DNA of 63,972 nucleotides, filler included, from Choristocarpus tenellus KU-1152 (GCA_964200185.2; 10 parts of 10 records of this genome joined end to end with filler, not necessarily neighbours in it); one strand, 5' to 3'. Positions 1-13,831 are shown, counted from the whole stretch's first letter. Notes: generated from the letters alone by a model not told the origin. Program-made: numbers and translations.

Positions 1-279
1 CCCGGTGTGTTTGAAGGCATCTTGCTGAGGTTTCCTGCGGCACAAGGCATGGCTTCCACTTTTCCCCCCTACCAGCAACGTACTGTACTGCTGTATGGTG
101 GCATGACTCAGAAAGAAAGGCACTTTTCGCGATAAATTTTTACACGCGCGCCAAACTCGCGTGAATATCTCTGGAATTTTGTGCCAAATTGCCCGAATAT
201 GATAATTCCAGTACAAAAGTCTATTTTTTTGAGCATGTTGAAAATAGCGGTATAAAATTGCATATTTTTCGATTTGGTT

Positions 280-412
280 GACTTCAACTAAGATACACCG
301 AATCATTTATCTGTCACTACATTTCTCTCATTACTCCGCTACTCCATTGCTCCATTACTCCATTACTCCACTGGTGGTGTCTATAGTGTATCAGCAGCAC
401 TATCTACGAACA
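280..412. repeat. direct repeat, copy 1 (copy 2 at 2705..2821)
   Basis: GACTTCAACTAAGATACACCG...(CATTACTC)n...CAGCAGCACTATCTACGAACA present at both sites. Confidence 0.85.
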
Positions 413-589
413 CTCTCCATTGCTGCGCAGACACTATACATCCTGAGATTCTACTTCTCTCAAACTTGGAGAAAGAAACAAACTATTGCTAACTCTCTCA
501 AAAACAATAAATATACCCTAATATCAATGTTGACATTGGGTCGGTGTAGGTACAAAAAATCAGTCATCAAATCTAAACCTTTGTCCTAC

Positions 590-1130
590 TGCAGCCTCCA
601 GTGATGGGGTACTTTCTCCTGCAAGTCCTTAGCGATGTCACATTGCGTCTCCCACAATCCATGAAATGGCAAGGTCCTTAGCAATACATCCAGCGTCTCC
701 TACAATCAACGAAATTCGCTAGTACATCACTACTGCAGGTCACTGGAACACAGATCCTGCATCATATCTACCTCCCTATTGTAGCCTCCAGTAGAACCAT
801 TATGGGGTACTTTCTCCTGCAAGTCCTTAGCGATGTCCCATTGCGTCTCCCACAATCCATGAAATTGCAGGGTCCTTAGCAATACATCCAGCGTCCACTA
901 CAAACAATGAAACTTCCCTAGTACATCACCGCTACAAATCTTCGGAACAAAGTAATATGGTGGAACTGTCACTTCCTACCTATCCTATCACAATCTCTAC
1001 GAACACATCCTGGGGTGTTTTCTACTGTGGATCCTTAGCGATGTCCCATTGCGTCTCCCACAATCCATGAAATAACAGGGTCCTTCGCAATACATTCAGC
1101 GTCTCCCACGATCCTGGAAATATCCCTAGT
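590..1130. repeat. tandem repeat, about 200-bp unit x3
   Basis: TCCTTAGCGATGTC(A/C)CATTGCGTCTCCCACAATCCATGAAAT recurs at ~627, ~824 and ~1032. Confidence 0.85.
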
Positions 1131-1379
1131 GTCACGCCTAAAGTGAATCTTTGGAAAAGAGTATTACTAAGCAATTGACTTATCACTGAAATACCATACA
1201 CACAAACACGAGGAAAGCCTCTCCCTGACTTTAATAGTTCTTTTATCTAAAGTCAATCTGCATAAAACATCACAGCTGTCACATGACTACTGTGGGTATG
1301 CACCAAAATACGTAAGACATGGGGACAAACTAAATTAAAAAAAACATTTAGAAAGACAAATACAAAAGAAGAGTCATGG

Positions 1380-3540
1380 GGAATAACGATCAGATTCACC
1401 AAAATAAGAGCCGATGAACCCTTCTAACCTTTCCATCCGATCAGCAAGATCCTCTTGGTTGGATTACGGAGGTGAAGCTTTCGACATCATATTGGCATAC
1501 TTACCCCCTCTTCTTGGGGCTTTCCTGATCTTCTCCCTTGCCCGAACAGTCAGGCGACATTCATCATAGTCATGTCCTATCGCCCTGCACCTTGGTCATC
1601 TTCCATCTTTATCTTCATCTTCCTCCATTCTCGTAGAGGCACCTGCGTGTCGTCCCCTGTCCAGGTCGGGGCAGTCACCTCTCATGTGGCCATTTTTGCC
1701 ACACATGAAACAGACTATGCGCTCCTTACCACGACCATTTCTACCAGCAGCTTTACTACTCACCCTCCTTCCTGAAGCAAGGGCGTGATCATTCAGTTTT
1801 AGCTACCCATCTCGACGATTGGAGAGGTTAAGCGCTAATGCAGTTGGCACACCGTCTCCTAATGTTACCGTGGCTGCTGAAGCACTCGCGCACTATCCTT
1901 TGGACTTGGGTGCAGCCTTTCTTGACTCCACGTCCAAATCGACCCTTCACAGACTATGTCAGGGTCAAGTAGCGCAAAGTCGCAGCTACAAACATTTCGG
2001 ATGACCTAAGAATGTACAACAAAACCGAAGAAATCCACTCCCTACTTCCCAGCAAACGTGGGGAGGTTGGAGACCCTGATGGGGTTGCCGGAAGATCTCT
2101 TGTGCACAATGCTCACTACCAGTCTTGTCGCTTCGCACAACGTCCCAGGAATATTCGGTCCGCTACGTAGCGTGTTGAACTATCCCACACTGGACCTGCG
2201 GCTCTTATGGTGCTTTAAGGAACGACAAAGAACAGCTTGATATAGATGAGTAAGATTAATATTACAAGGGTCTTGTGGTCTCGATTCCGCTGACTGAGAA
2301 CGTGGGTAAGACCAAGTGTTGATTGCCATGAGGGGTTTGCAACGTCCACATGGATAATCAGAAAATAATATTATAATCAGAAAATAATACTACTGCAATC
2401 AGACAAGAATATAATCACTGCATCATATATGATAGAGTCAAAGCATCTTAGAGGGTAGAGCTGTGTCCATTTGGGGGCCAAAATCCAATGTTGCAATTTT
2501 GATGTAATTTTGGCTATCGTGTTTTAAAGGAGATGTCAATATCCTTGTTCCGGACACACCTTTTCATAACGTATACATCTTACCTAGAGTCCAAAATGTT
2601 TTAGAGTAGGTAAAATGCCATTGAATACCCATTGGAAGCCAAGTCCCAAATGGACAAACAGGGAAAACCTCACACCCTCTAAGATACTTTCACTCATATG
2701 TGCAGACTTCAACTAAGATACACCGAAAAAATGATCTGTAACTACTTTTCCCTCATTACTCCATTACTCCATTACTCCACTGGTGGCGTCTATAGTATAT
2801 CAGCAGCACTATCTACGAACATACAGCACAGTGTCCTGGTGGTGGGTGCGGCGAGAGCAACAGTAAGTGCATGGTAGGCCTCTTCGGCCATCCAGATATC
2901 ATTCGCACTGAAGCCGTCCGAGAGAAGTTTCTCGTAGGAGCACTCTTGATCGACTGATCTTTCACTTGTCAATGCACCCAAGCAGTGGGTATATCCGCAA
3001 TGCACGATGAAACTCCTCCGCCAGTCCTGGTAGTCTGAGTCGTCCAATGGTTTTGGTGGCTGGGTTCTTGATCTCTTTGTCGTAGGACAAACAATGTGTG
3101 TGCCTGACCCCAAGCTCTCCGAAGAACCGGACCTCCGACTCGCTCCACTTCTGATGCTCACAGCATCCAAACTGTTTCCCCTCTCTGGGAGATTTTCTCT
3201 CAACATGGTTCCATAGGACCCACCTCGACTGGTACGTGCCTAGCCGGAGGTCGTGTGCTGGGCACAGCGGCCTGGACGACGGGATGATATTCGTCGCTGA
3301 CTCTTTCAGACGGAACCATGAGATTGCCAACGTTTCTTGACAACTCCTATACTGTCGCCATAAGCTGTCTGAATTCTTGGACAGATGGACCCTTGGAAGG
3401 AACAGGTTCCCGCAATTCTTGAATCGCATCTCCTCGTGTAGATATGATGAAGTGATGGGTGGAGACCTAAGGTTTAATATATTGTGTTGAAGTATCTCCC
3501 AAATCATCAAAGAGGAAAAAGGTGATGAACCCAGCAAGAT
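1380..3540 (-). mobile_element. degenerate retrotransposon gag region, interrupted by a MITE
   Basis: CCHC knuckle CFMCGKNGHMRGDC at 1671..1712 (-), followed by a decayed second knuckle (*PRCRAIGHDYDEC). ORF 2790..3206 (PKPLDDSDYQDWRRSF) resembles a copia-type gag N-terminus. Confidence 0.6.
2435..2695 (+). mobile_element. MITE family A (~260 bp)
   Basis: TIRs GAGTCAAAGCATCTTAGAGGG ... CCCTCTAAGATACTTTCACTC, non-coding, multi-copy. Confidence 0.85.
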
Positions 3541-3749
3541 TGCTTGGTGTCTGTAGAGTGATTAAAGTCAAGTCGGGCATGCAGCACCCCGTAAAATCAG
3601 AAATATTTCCTTTTATATGAGAATTTTTCTCATACAACTAATCACTGGTAAGAGGTTCTGATAACATCTCAACCACTAATTGATTGTTCCGTTACTCCGT
3701 ACATATTTTACTGTAACTGTCCGATAGAGTTGGAAGAGTCTAATCGAAC

Positions 3750-5085
3750 ATATACGGCATTTTGAAAGAAGTGGGAGACACCAAACCATCAGTGTGCACA
3801 TAGTCTCAATCTCACCTCCTCTTCTTCCTGGCGTCCACATCGATGGCTACCTCCACCTGCTTCGCGACCTCTTCTAAGTAGAGGGTTTGGTGGTATCGAA
3901 AAGTCTCCACAACTGCCTTTGTTACGACGATCGCTTTCTCCCCTGTCTTGCAAGCCCTTTCGACCTTCTTTCGACCTTCAGAGCCCTTGCAGCTCAACCG
4001 TAACACCTTCTTTCTCGTTTCCTTAAGCCACTCCGGCTCACATAGCTTCCAAACTGCTAGGGCCTGCTGCAACTGTGTCGACTACTAAGATATTCTACAC
4101 CCGGGTTTTTGTTTAGGCGCTTCCTGAGCGCAATGGCACGCAGTCGCATTGCTCTCCTCCCTAACGTTCCTTCGACCGATCACCCTGGTTCTCCCTTTGT
4201 CCGCCATGACCAGGCTTCGCCACGGACTTTGTCACCGTACCACCTGGTGATGGACTCGCCACTCTCTTCCTGCTTTTCTGAGAGCCAAAGTATCTTAGAG
4301 GGTAGAGCCGCGTCCATTTGGGGGTCAAAATCCAATGTTGTAATTTTGATGTAAATTTGGCTATCGTGTATGTTAGGACGTGTCAATATCCTTGTTGTGG
4401 AAACATATTTTCATAACGTATACATTTTACTTGCTCCCAAATATTTCGGAGTAGGAAATTGTCATAAAAAAGAACCAAGGGAAGTCAAGCCCCAAATGGA
4501 CAAACATGGCAAAACTCATACCCTCTAAGATACTTTCACTCCTGAGGCAGCAGAGGCTGCAGAGCAGTGCTCCGATGTGGTTGAAGCCCCAACCACGTTT
4601 GTGTGGTAATGCTTTCCACGCATCTTCTCTCAGCGTCAGTGTCACGGCCGCGCGGTCCATTTCACGATTTGATCATGCTGCTGTGCCACAGTACACAAAC
4701 TTTCTCGCCACCTAACATCGCACTGAATGTCAGACGGTATTTGTTTTTCCGTCGCCTCTCGACAGAGAAGGTGCCGAGGGTAGATCTAGGGAGCAGAGTG
4801 GGCTCAGTAGCTCTCCTTGTCTCACCGTCGTGGTTCTTATTGCTGTTGTGGGTGAAGTATGTGTGTGCTCTCAGAAAGTCTGCAAATGGCGCTAAAAGAT
4901 GTCCTAAAATCTTGTTTTTTCTCGGTATTGCCACAGGTACCTAAATGCAGCGTTTATTTTCTCAGCAATTTCTTGCAAGGAGGAAAACCAACCACTTCAT
5001 TTTTGTACCTTTTTGAGGTTGTGACCGTCAAAATTGCGCGGGAGATGTTCCACATTGTTCAATTCTATGATCGGGGCATATGGTT
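3750..5085 (-). mobile_element. repeat family D, copy 1 (degenerate DNA transposon 5' part) with a nested MITE
   Basis: Reverse complement of 21150-22250 and 33040-34190. Shared peptide ETFRYHQ.LY.EEV.KQVEVAI. Confidence 0.8.
4282..4541 (+). mobile_element. MITE family A inserted in family D, with CTGA target-site duplication
   Basis: CTGA|GAGCCAAAGTATCTTAGAGGG...CCCTCTAAGATACTTTCACTC|CTGA. The empty site is visible in the D copies at ~21715 and ~33650. Confidence 0.9.
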
Positions 5086-5206
5086 CCTATTCAGTGGAGT
5101 TAGTACATTCAACAGTGGATTTTCAAAATTGAGGCAGAAGCGGGACTATGAGGTAGGTTGTTTTGCGAAAACTGTCTTAAAAAAGTACCGAAAGGTTTTT
5201 TTTTGC

Positions 5207-5306
5207 NNNNNNNNNNNNNNNNNNNNNNNNNNNNNNNNNNNNNNNNNNNNTTAATTAATTAANNNNNNNNNNNNNNNNNNNNNNNNNNNNNNNNNNNNNN
5301 NNNNNN
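5207..5306. other. artificial contig linker N44-TTAATTAATTAA-N44 (also 18803-18902, 22777-22876, 31220-31319, 36483-36582, 49104-49203, 53594-53693, 58219-58318, 61363-61462)
   Basis: Nine identical 100-bp spacers, each with a palindromic 12-mer that gives stops in all six frames. Confidence 0.97.
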
Positions 5307-6989
5307 TATCACACCCTTGGGCCTCTTTTATCCCTCTCGATGTGAGTGTGCAAGCAGGGGTGTCTTGGTGGGGTGTGAAGCTCAGGATGGCCCTAATTGC
5401 TGCTTTCTTTGAGGTTGAATCTTGATTGAGTGGGTTCAAGGGTTTTGGTACAGTCAGGCCCAGAAGCAGAGGGCTTTCAGCTTGCAAAATTATATAACCA
5501 AAGCTTTCCTTTTTATTTAGTGGAGTGCAATGATACTTATATTTACCTGAGGACTACTTAGTTTTGTAACCCCCCCCCACCTGAAAACTCTTCTGATTTC
5601 CCCAACGGTTAACATACGTTCTTGTGTGTCCTGTGTGTGTGTTCATGTGCAAGTTTGTGCCTTTGTTCTTGAAAGAAAACCTTGTTTTTTAGGTCGTGGT
5701 TTTGCCCTGTGTAATGAATGCTTGTGCCCTCTGAGTGGAGAGAACAGATTTTGGCATTCAGGACAAATTGGTAAGATAGTGGATGGCAGGAAGGAAAGTG
5801 TATGCGAGTTTTTTATGGTCTGATACCATGATCATCACTACGACTTCTAGCAAACTTTCTCTACTGCTATTTTGATTATACAAGGTGGATTGGAAGAAGG
5901 CAGTGAGACCTGCTGGGGATATGATGTTAGGCATTGTATTTTCCTGTTGTACACAATGTTGTACAACACCCATCTTTTGCTTTAACAGCAGCACACACCT
6001 GAGAGGGTATTTTGCTGTGCTTCATGTAGTTTCTCCATCAGGGGCGAATTAAGTGCTTCTTAGGCCCATTCACAGATAGCTTTTGGGTCTTGTTGGTCAC
6101 TCTTGTGAGGTGTGTGACTTCCCCAATGGTCCACACTGTGCACTATGATACCGTGTACTCTAGGATTAGAAAAAAGCATTTACTCTTCAAGCTCAAAAAA
6201 GTAGATTAGATAATTTGTGTTGACAAACAAGAGTTGTTGTATTGCTCTCCTTGACTGCCTCTTCCAGACTATACTCCCTCCCCATTCCTTGTTTTAAGCT
6301 CACACAACCTCAGGGCTTTCCTCCGTAAGTTTCACACGACTGGTATGAACAGAAAGGGGCATCAATTTTGAACGAGTAATACACTCCTATTTTCTAGTGT
6401 GTAAGCATTAGTATGCTGTAGTGCACTGAGGAGATCCCTTCTTTGGAAGACCCCACTAACCCTCACTATCATACTTAAATCATTTTTCACAGGTTTAGGG
6501 TTAGGGTCTGAGTTAGATTTTCAAATACGAGTGTGAAAAGTGTTCCCCTGTCTTTGGGAGAGAGGGGATCTCCCCTATGCACTGCAATGCTGTAAGAGCA
6601 GGCACTCACTGCAACCTCCATTGCCAATTATATATGCTTGAAAGGCTGAAGGCATGAAGATAGTATAGCAATATAAGTTGCCATTGTTGTGATTTGTGCA
6701 TGGTGGAAATACACCTTGCTAGATGGACACTTGAGAGTGGAACACTAGACTATGTAAGGATATCCCTTACTCAAGCAGATGTGAATGCATGGTTGGATCG
6801 ATCAGTTGGTGATGGCATCAACATTGTTGACAGGTGACATAGTGACTTCAACAACATAAACCATTCCAAAATATACAACACTGAAGTTCTATTACTATTG
6901 TCCAAGTTTGATTCCTGATTTAAGAGTTCTGTATCAAAAGTCCACATACTTCATTTGTAGATGTTGTACACAGATCTAATCTTAGTATA

Positions 6990-9900
6990 AAATGTACAGA
7001 AGAGCAGGTGGTGTCCATCATGCTTCTTTCCCCTGATTTTGGCTTGTACCATTCCTGTCCAAGAGGTATGTTTCTTCCCGAGAGTGTCGACGTGCTTCAC
7101 TCCTTGAATGCCTTGCCTGCAAGCACACCCACAGAGAAAATTGCAGACGCAGGTATTGGGTAGGACCAAAGATCTAAAATACGTGAACTTGGGTGTGAAC
7201 GAAGAGAAAGTTGGAGGTATTTCATATTTTCGGGCATTACGTCTTTACTCGACTCAGAACATGAAAAGTACAAGAAACAAACCAGTATGGTTTACACGTA
7301 GAAAAGACCTGTGCGAAGGGGGTTACAGCGAAGGAAGACAGTACAGATTTGGAACATGGAGTATGACCAAGAACAAAAACTTCACATCTGACGAGGAAGT
7401 ACGGATTAATGGAGTAAGGTCATAAGACATTCCACAGAGACGTGCATTGCGCCCGGCTTGATTGGAGTCGTTGATCGAATTAGCGTATTAGAGATGGTTT
7501 TATGGAGGATAAACCTACCTAAAATTCAAGGTTATGGTGCTTCATCATAAATGTGAGAATATCAGAGCAAGGTCTGCCTGCTCAGGCAACGTAAGACTCG
7601 AGGAGTACGGCCTTTTGATGTGAGGTTCTCGGCTATCTTGCGCAAATTGATACCATAGCTCTTCTTTCTATCACGAACAAGACCCCACCTGCCGTGCTGC
7701 ATCTGCATCTGCTTTTCGCTCGGCCTCTTTCCTTAACGCAACATCATAGAATCCCTATGGGTTGGATACGGAAAGCAGGCGAACATTAGGTGCATAATAA
7801 CAATCTACTCCCACCATAAACCATCACTGCTATATCTCACACATCCTAGATTCTCTTCAAAACTCGTTCAGAGATCGCACACACACCGAATTCTCCATTC
7901 ACCAGCTGACATTCGCCACATAGCTATATATTAGGGAACCTCACCGTTTTGAGCATGAAAAACTCCATTGATGCCCCAATCACAAAGGATGCTGGGATGA
8001 ACCTTATCAAAAGGCCCTTCATCGCAGATGACGGGGCCATCTTCGTTGATTTCGTTGTGAGGAGTATGTTCTTGTGGCTACGTTCTTATATTGTATGGAC
8101 GGCGTCGTCTGCAGTGAGTGGGTTGATAGGAAATGGATAATCACAGGTTAGTGGTTCGCACTCCGAAAAGTCCTTGCAAGGACGACTGATAAAGACTTGA
8201 AACTATGAGATCCTCTGATGTGCAGAACTCCATTGCCTATACCTTGGAGGTAGAATAAGGTATCTGGCTTCTGCCAAAATTTCAAAGGGTTTGACATGGG
8301 TTGGCGGAAACAAAGTAACACTCCATTCATTGGAGATGAGATGGATACAATGCTACGAGAACCTGGAACTATTCTTGGGCGATGGCTGAGACCTTTTCAA
8401 CCGCTTAAATGAGAAATCGACCAAACTCGACCCCAGTATCTACAACTCAATCCACTGCTCCCTTGCTTGCCACTTGTTGATGGCCTAGCATTGGGGAAGT
8501 GAGGAGTGCCGTAAGCTCTCTGGCCAACCGAAAGACTGTGGGCCCAGATGGCATTTCATTGGAACTTCTAAAGTTGGTACTTGATGAGGGCCCCTTCCCC
8601 CTGCAGGTTTTCCACAACATCATCCTTGTTGGGTGATGGTCAGAGGAGGTTCCTCAGAAGTGTAAGAAAGATATTCTTATCACAAGAAGAAGGATTGTGC
8701 TCACTGTGAAAACTACAGAGGTATCTCACCGATATTACATGCTGGTAAAGTACTCCTAAAAGTTGTAGCGCGACGCCTACGAACCTAAGTTGAGCACCAG
8801 GGCACATCACCGGAGGGACAATGAGGATTCCGACCTACACGATCAACCTTGGACATGATGTAAATGGTACATGTCTAATAACTCGCCAACAGAAGGTCCC
8901 ATTGTACAGGCTCTTCATTGACCTGCAGAAGGCGTATGACTCTGCTGATCGAGAACTTCTATGGTCACTACTGGCCAAATTTGACGTACAAGCAAAGATT
9001 GTTTCAATCAATGGTCAATTCCATGTCGGAATGTGAAATTGTGTACAGATGGACTATGGAGAATGCTCCGACTGATTAATGTTGAACAAGGCCTCTGTCA
9101 AGTGTGCGATAGTATCTCTTCTTTGCTGCAGTGCTTACCGTTGTCCTGAAGAGGTTCAGCACTGAAGAGTATATTCCTAAAAAGATTTTGTCTGTATCGG
9201 GAAAGGTGGAAACACCATGCCCGTAGATTGGAGGTAGCACACCAAAAGATACATTCTCTGTTGTTGAAATTGTGTTTTGTGATTCTTGCTGATGATGCAA
9301 CTGCTGTGCCCATGACTCAAGAGAGTTTGACCAAAATGTTGGCAGTCATCGTCACAGTGTGCAAGACATTTTGACTGTATCAGAGACAAAGACAGAGAAC
9401 ATGTGTCTCCAGTTTTCCAACAGGCCAGCACAGAAAGATAGTTCGAGGCCAGAGGATAATGGTATCAGAAGACTTCCAGGCTTGTCTATCTCCGAAGTCC
9501 AATCCGTGATAATGATGATATCACCAACAACATCCAACTTCTTATCCAGAAGGAACAGGGGTGCTTGAAGGAATAGAGCAGAGAGAGTTTGCAACTAAGA
9601 AGTAGGTGTATCACTTGACCTAAAAATTCGGATGCTCAAAGCCAAAGTAGATGATATTCTGCTGTTTATATGCATGATGTGGACGCTAAGAAGGGACCAT
9701 TACACCTAACTACATGCCCAACAGTGCATTTTGTTCCACACACGGAATCATATGGACCACTCGTGTCATACAGAGAAGCCCTGAAGAGAACTGGATGTGA
9801 GGCATTGAGGTCAGTATCCCCAAAAGGAGACTGTTCTTTGCAGGTTTTATGCTGCAAATGGGAGATTGTAGATTGCCCAAAACCCTCATGCTCTGCCGAA

Positions 9901-10150
9901 CCCAACACTCACAAACCAAAGTGGGGAAAGAAATATCCAGAGAAAGGCTGGTGGTGATGCCTCCAAGACAACCTCCAGGCTTTCGACACCACAACCGATC
10001 AGTAGGTTTCTCTTGCAGATGACTCAAACACATAAGGAAGAAGTGTGGAGGTTGGAACGAAAAACTCAATTGATGCCTGGCATACCGCTCAGGTCAAAGC
10101 AGCCATAGCCACACAAAAGTGTCCTCAACCACCAATAAAATGTGATAATG
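6990..10150 (+). mobile_element. degenerate RTE-like non-LTR retrotransposon (LINE)
   Basis: Frameshifted RT motifs: KTVGPDGISLELLK (~8530), [13 protein letters not shown] (~8680-8730), EGQ*GFRP, FIDLQKAYDSADRELLW (ORF 8821..9036), QGL, LADD (~9285). C-terminal SYREALKRTGCE..RRLFFAGF..MGDCRLPK. Boundaries approximate. Confidence 0.8.
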
Positions 10151-10695
10151 GACTTCTCTTTTTCTCATCCTCTTCTTTTGGAGGGAAAGGGACTCCTTTG
10201 CCCAACCTAAGATAATCTTCTTGGTGTTGATGATAGTAGGTTGGTATCTAGCGGGTGAAAGGACTCGATCTAGTTGCTCTTAAGTGCATGTATATATGTG
10301 ACCTCCTTGAACCAGTTATTGTCCTTGATGCTCGGGCTGATCCCTTTAATTGTATCTTCTTTCTGAATATATTATTTTATTGATCTCTGTGGACTAGACC
10401 GATGGATCTGCCATTTTTTTAGCACTTAGGTCCTATCTCGTTTTTGCTCTTTTCTTGCATCACCATTCTGACCACTGGTTCAACTACTCTTTATGTTGCT
10501 TCCTTCTCTTTCACAATTTGTGCGCCACTTTCGCTTCTTTCAAGCATCGCTGCAATATATTTCGAAATTAGTGCGTGAAAATCAATCAGTGGTTAAGGCA
10601 TTGGTCACCTAGCAAATTTAAGAATTCAAATCCCTTCAATGCCGACGTATCTTCACGGAAATCTGGTTTCGATTATGCTATTCCATGTGGTATAC

Positions 10696-10950
10696 GAGTG
10701 AAATTATCTTAGAGGGTACGAGTTTTGCCTTGTTTGTCCATTTGGGGCTTGGCACCCCTTGTTTTTTTTACACTTTCCTACTCCAAAATGTTTAGGAGTA
10801 GGTAAGATGTGTACGTTGTGAAAAGGTGTGTCCAGAACAAGGATATTGACACTTCCTAACAATCACGACAGCCAAAATTACGTAAAATCGAAACATTGAA
10901 TTTTTGAACCCCAAATGAACGCGGCCCGACTCTCTAAGATACATTGGCTC
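10696..10950 (-). mobile_element. MITE family A
   Basis: Both TIRs present; inverted copy. Confidence 0.85.
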
Positions 10951-11916
10951 AAGTTTAACAGATTGTATAACCTGTACTATCCCGTCTGTATGAAGTTACA
11001 CCACAAAAATGCCGGACCAAGATCAAGTTAAAACTTCAGGGCAAGTCCAGGTGAAGATTCAAGGGAGGAGATAGACGCAGCACAGTTTGTTTTTAGTCAG
11101 TAGTTAAGATTAAGAAGTAGGGCAGTGTGCAGTGCCTCTCAAAATGGGTCAAGATAATCACCAGACTAGTGCCACTGATACTAGCGTTACAGAATGAGGT
11201 TCCTAACTAAAAAAGTTGAAAATATTGAATTCTACCATGGGTGCACTTACTAAACTGTACACTCGGTCAAACGATATCCCTCCTACAGGACAAATGGGAG
11301 TGAAGGGGCATCATCGGGTTCCTTGAGAGGAGTAGGCCCGGTTGGACATGTCAAATGGCAGGTCAAGCGCGATCCTAGCGTAGGTCAAAATGGAGAAGTC
11401 TTCCATATGGTAGTTGATAAAATCTGATGGGCAAACATAAATTTCTTACTACGTATTGAACTCATTGTGTGGGAGAATATAGTTTGACCAATTGTACCCC
11501 ATCTATTCATTTGGTGGTGTGTTTGTTAGCGATTGCACCCATCGCCTATGTTATTCTAAATTGTGTTACTATGATTGTGGAGCGATCACAAACCTCAACA
11601 AACAAATCTCAACATTTTGGGTAGGTGAACCATCTGTCTGTCTGTGAGTTATACTGTTAAGAATACCTCCGAAGGGCAATACGAGAAGCACTCATTGGTA
11701 GAGCTGCCTGAAAGAAAACGATAATGGAATGAGTTTTGGATCATCGTCAAGGGATGGAGCACAAGGATAACATACCAACATGACAGGCAGATCGTCGTCC
11801 ACATGTATGAATATGTAGTTGATAAAACTAGGACCTTCGTGGATGGATAAGTGGTATACCAGCAGAGAAAAATTCATGTTGCATCATTTAGTTAGGTGGT
11901 AGGTCAATCATTCACA

Positions 11917-12156
11917 GAGTGCAAGCATCCTAGAGGATACGAGTTTTGCCCTGTTTGTCCATGGGTTTCTTTATGACATTTTCCTACTCCAAAATGTTTA
12001 GGAATAGGTAAAATGTATACCTTATTGAAAGGTGTGTCTGGAGCAAGGATAGTGACACTTACTAACAAACACGATAGCCCAAATTACATCAAAATCACAG
12101 CATTGGATTTTGCCCACCAAATGGACACCGCTCTACCTTCTAAGATACCTTGGCCC
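11917..12156 (-). mobile_element. MITE family A
   Basis: Both TIRs present but diverged. Confidence 0.8.
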
Positions 12157-12519
12157 TCAAGTAGCAGCTAACGGAGGAAACAATAAAACAAATCATGGCA
12201 CATGCATTTTCACTATTACCTCCTGGAGAACGTTGCATTGAGCAACTCTATGTTTGAAGGGGGTAAAGTTGAATATTTCAGACCACTGCAACTGCCTTCT
12301 AGTACTTGTACATGTGCTTCTAGTAGTACTCTGAAAGGTGATTTCACGCTTACTATCTCGTAAGATATGAACGTACATTCGTTTGTTGTGTTGGTCTGCT
12401 CTTCTGTGCGGCAACCACAAATATAAGGGGGGTTAGATGCATTTTAGTACTTAAACGTAGGGTACCCCGCCTTCATATGAAGTCCTGAATACTCAAAGGG
12501 TCAGTACGACCCAAGACAA

Positions 12520-12763
12520 TCAAGAGGGTAGGAGTTTTGTCCTGTTTGTCCGTTCGGGGCTTGGCTTCCCGTAGATATTTTATGAGATTACCTACTCAAA
12601 AATGTTTTGGAGTAGGTGAAATTTGTAGGACTATGAAAGGCATGTCTGGAACAAGGATATTGACACTTCCTAACAAACACAATAGTCAAAATTACATCAA
12701 AATCGCAACATTGGATTTTGGACCCCAAACGGGGCGGCCCTACCCTCCAAGACTCTTTGACTC
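12520..12763 (-). mobile_element. MITE family A
   Basis: Internal sequence matches the family; one TIR is eroded. Confidence 0.8.
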
Positions 12764-13149
12764 ATATATTGCCCTCTAAGAAGATAGGAAGGTGGTTCTA
12801 TTCTCATTAATTAATCTCTTCCTGACGGTTAATTTCTTTGTTTTGTCCCTTTTTCCTTTTGTTGCGTGGTATATGATGAGTAGTAGTGTTTGGCGAATCG
12901 AATAGAATTGATGTGATGGTGGCCGTTCCCACCTTTCTCCCATAGGATATTATGGAATTTTTGACAATGCTAATGACATCCTGTTCCAGATATTGGGTGT
13001 GCTACTAATAGTAGTTCGTAGTGCCTGCCAGCTGGGTTTTTCTTCTCCACAGGAACGCCCAGTTCCTTCTCTTTCTATTTCTTCTATACTCAAAGTACGC
13101 GATACGTTAACAGTGTATGAAATTGTTTCATTCTTATTATACTATCTTC

Positions 13150-13831
13150 TCTAGTATTTAGTATCTTATTTATTATGCCCTCCGACATTTTGCAGATGTG
13201 TCAAAGGAAAAACTTGTGAAAACTATCAACACATCTGGAAAAATCCCAAAAGAAGTAACAGTCGTCACAAAGTGAAAGATGTGAATCTATTTCCTATTTT
13301 CCTACCACATATCTATGTCGTACTACTGCCTTCCTGTGTCCTAAGCCTATTCCTGCACCCCAAGGTGAGGAGCTAGGGAAGCATCCCACGAATCTATTAA
13401 ACCCCTCCTTGCCCATCTCTCGGGTGACTCCAGGTTAAAACGCATGCCCCATCTAGATAGGGCTACTTGCGTTGTGTCTGAGACTATCTGGCGTAGGCGG
13501 GATTTGACTCGGCACCTTTTCTCCTGTAGCCTCCCATTCCTCTCCCCCCTACCGCGTGTGTGCCTAGCTCATCCAGGAAACGTTCCGCTTGCTTGCCGAG
13601 CCACCCAAGCCTTTCCACCGCGAAGGTGTTGAGGTTATAACTACGAGGATCAAAAGAGCCCTCGTAGTGGGTGTGCTTTCTCGCCTCGGCTGTAGCAGCT
13701 GCACCTACACCACTGCTGGTGGATGGGTGCGGGAGGTGCGAGGTTGCCTGTACTTCCGCGAACGTAAACATCAAGGAGAAGGCCTTTGTCCCGTTAGGGG
13801 GCCGATCCTGCGTTTGCAAGGGCCCCTGCAT
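13150..13831 (-). mobile_element. 3' end of an RLE-type (CRE/NeSL-like) non-LTR retrotransposon
   Basis: ORF 13484..13831 (AAATAEARKHTHYEG..TFAVERLGWLGKQAERFLDEL) resembles the C-terminal restriction-like endonuclease region. The downstream non-coding part recurs inverted at ~16310-16560 and ~17920-17962. Confidence 0.55.

Noticed and set aside
590-1130. Repeat array as CRISPR
   Set aside because: The ~200-bp units are similar along most of their length, there are no unique spacers and no cas genes, and the context is eukaryotic.
5251-5262. Recurrent palindrome TTAATTAATTAA as a biological repeat or CRISPR-like motif
   Set aside because: Always centred in exactly 44+44 Ns, so it is an artificial six-frame-stop linker.
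11200-11880. Copia RT remnant (IHVDDD, YSLVSA)
   Set aside because: The motifs are too short and degraded to support a call without a search.
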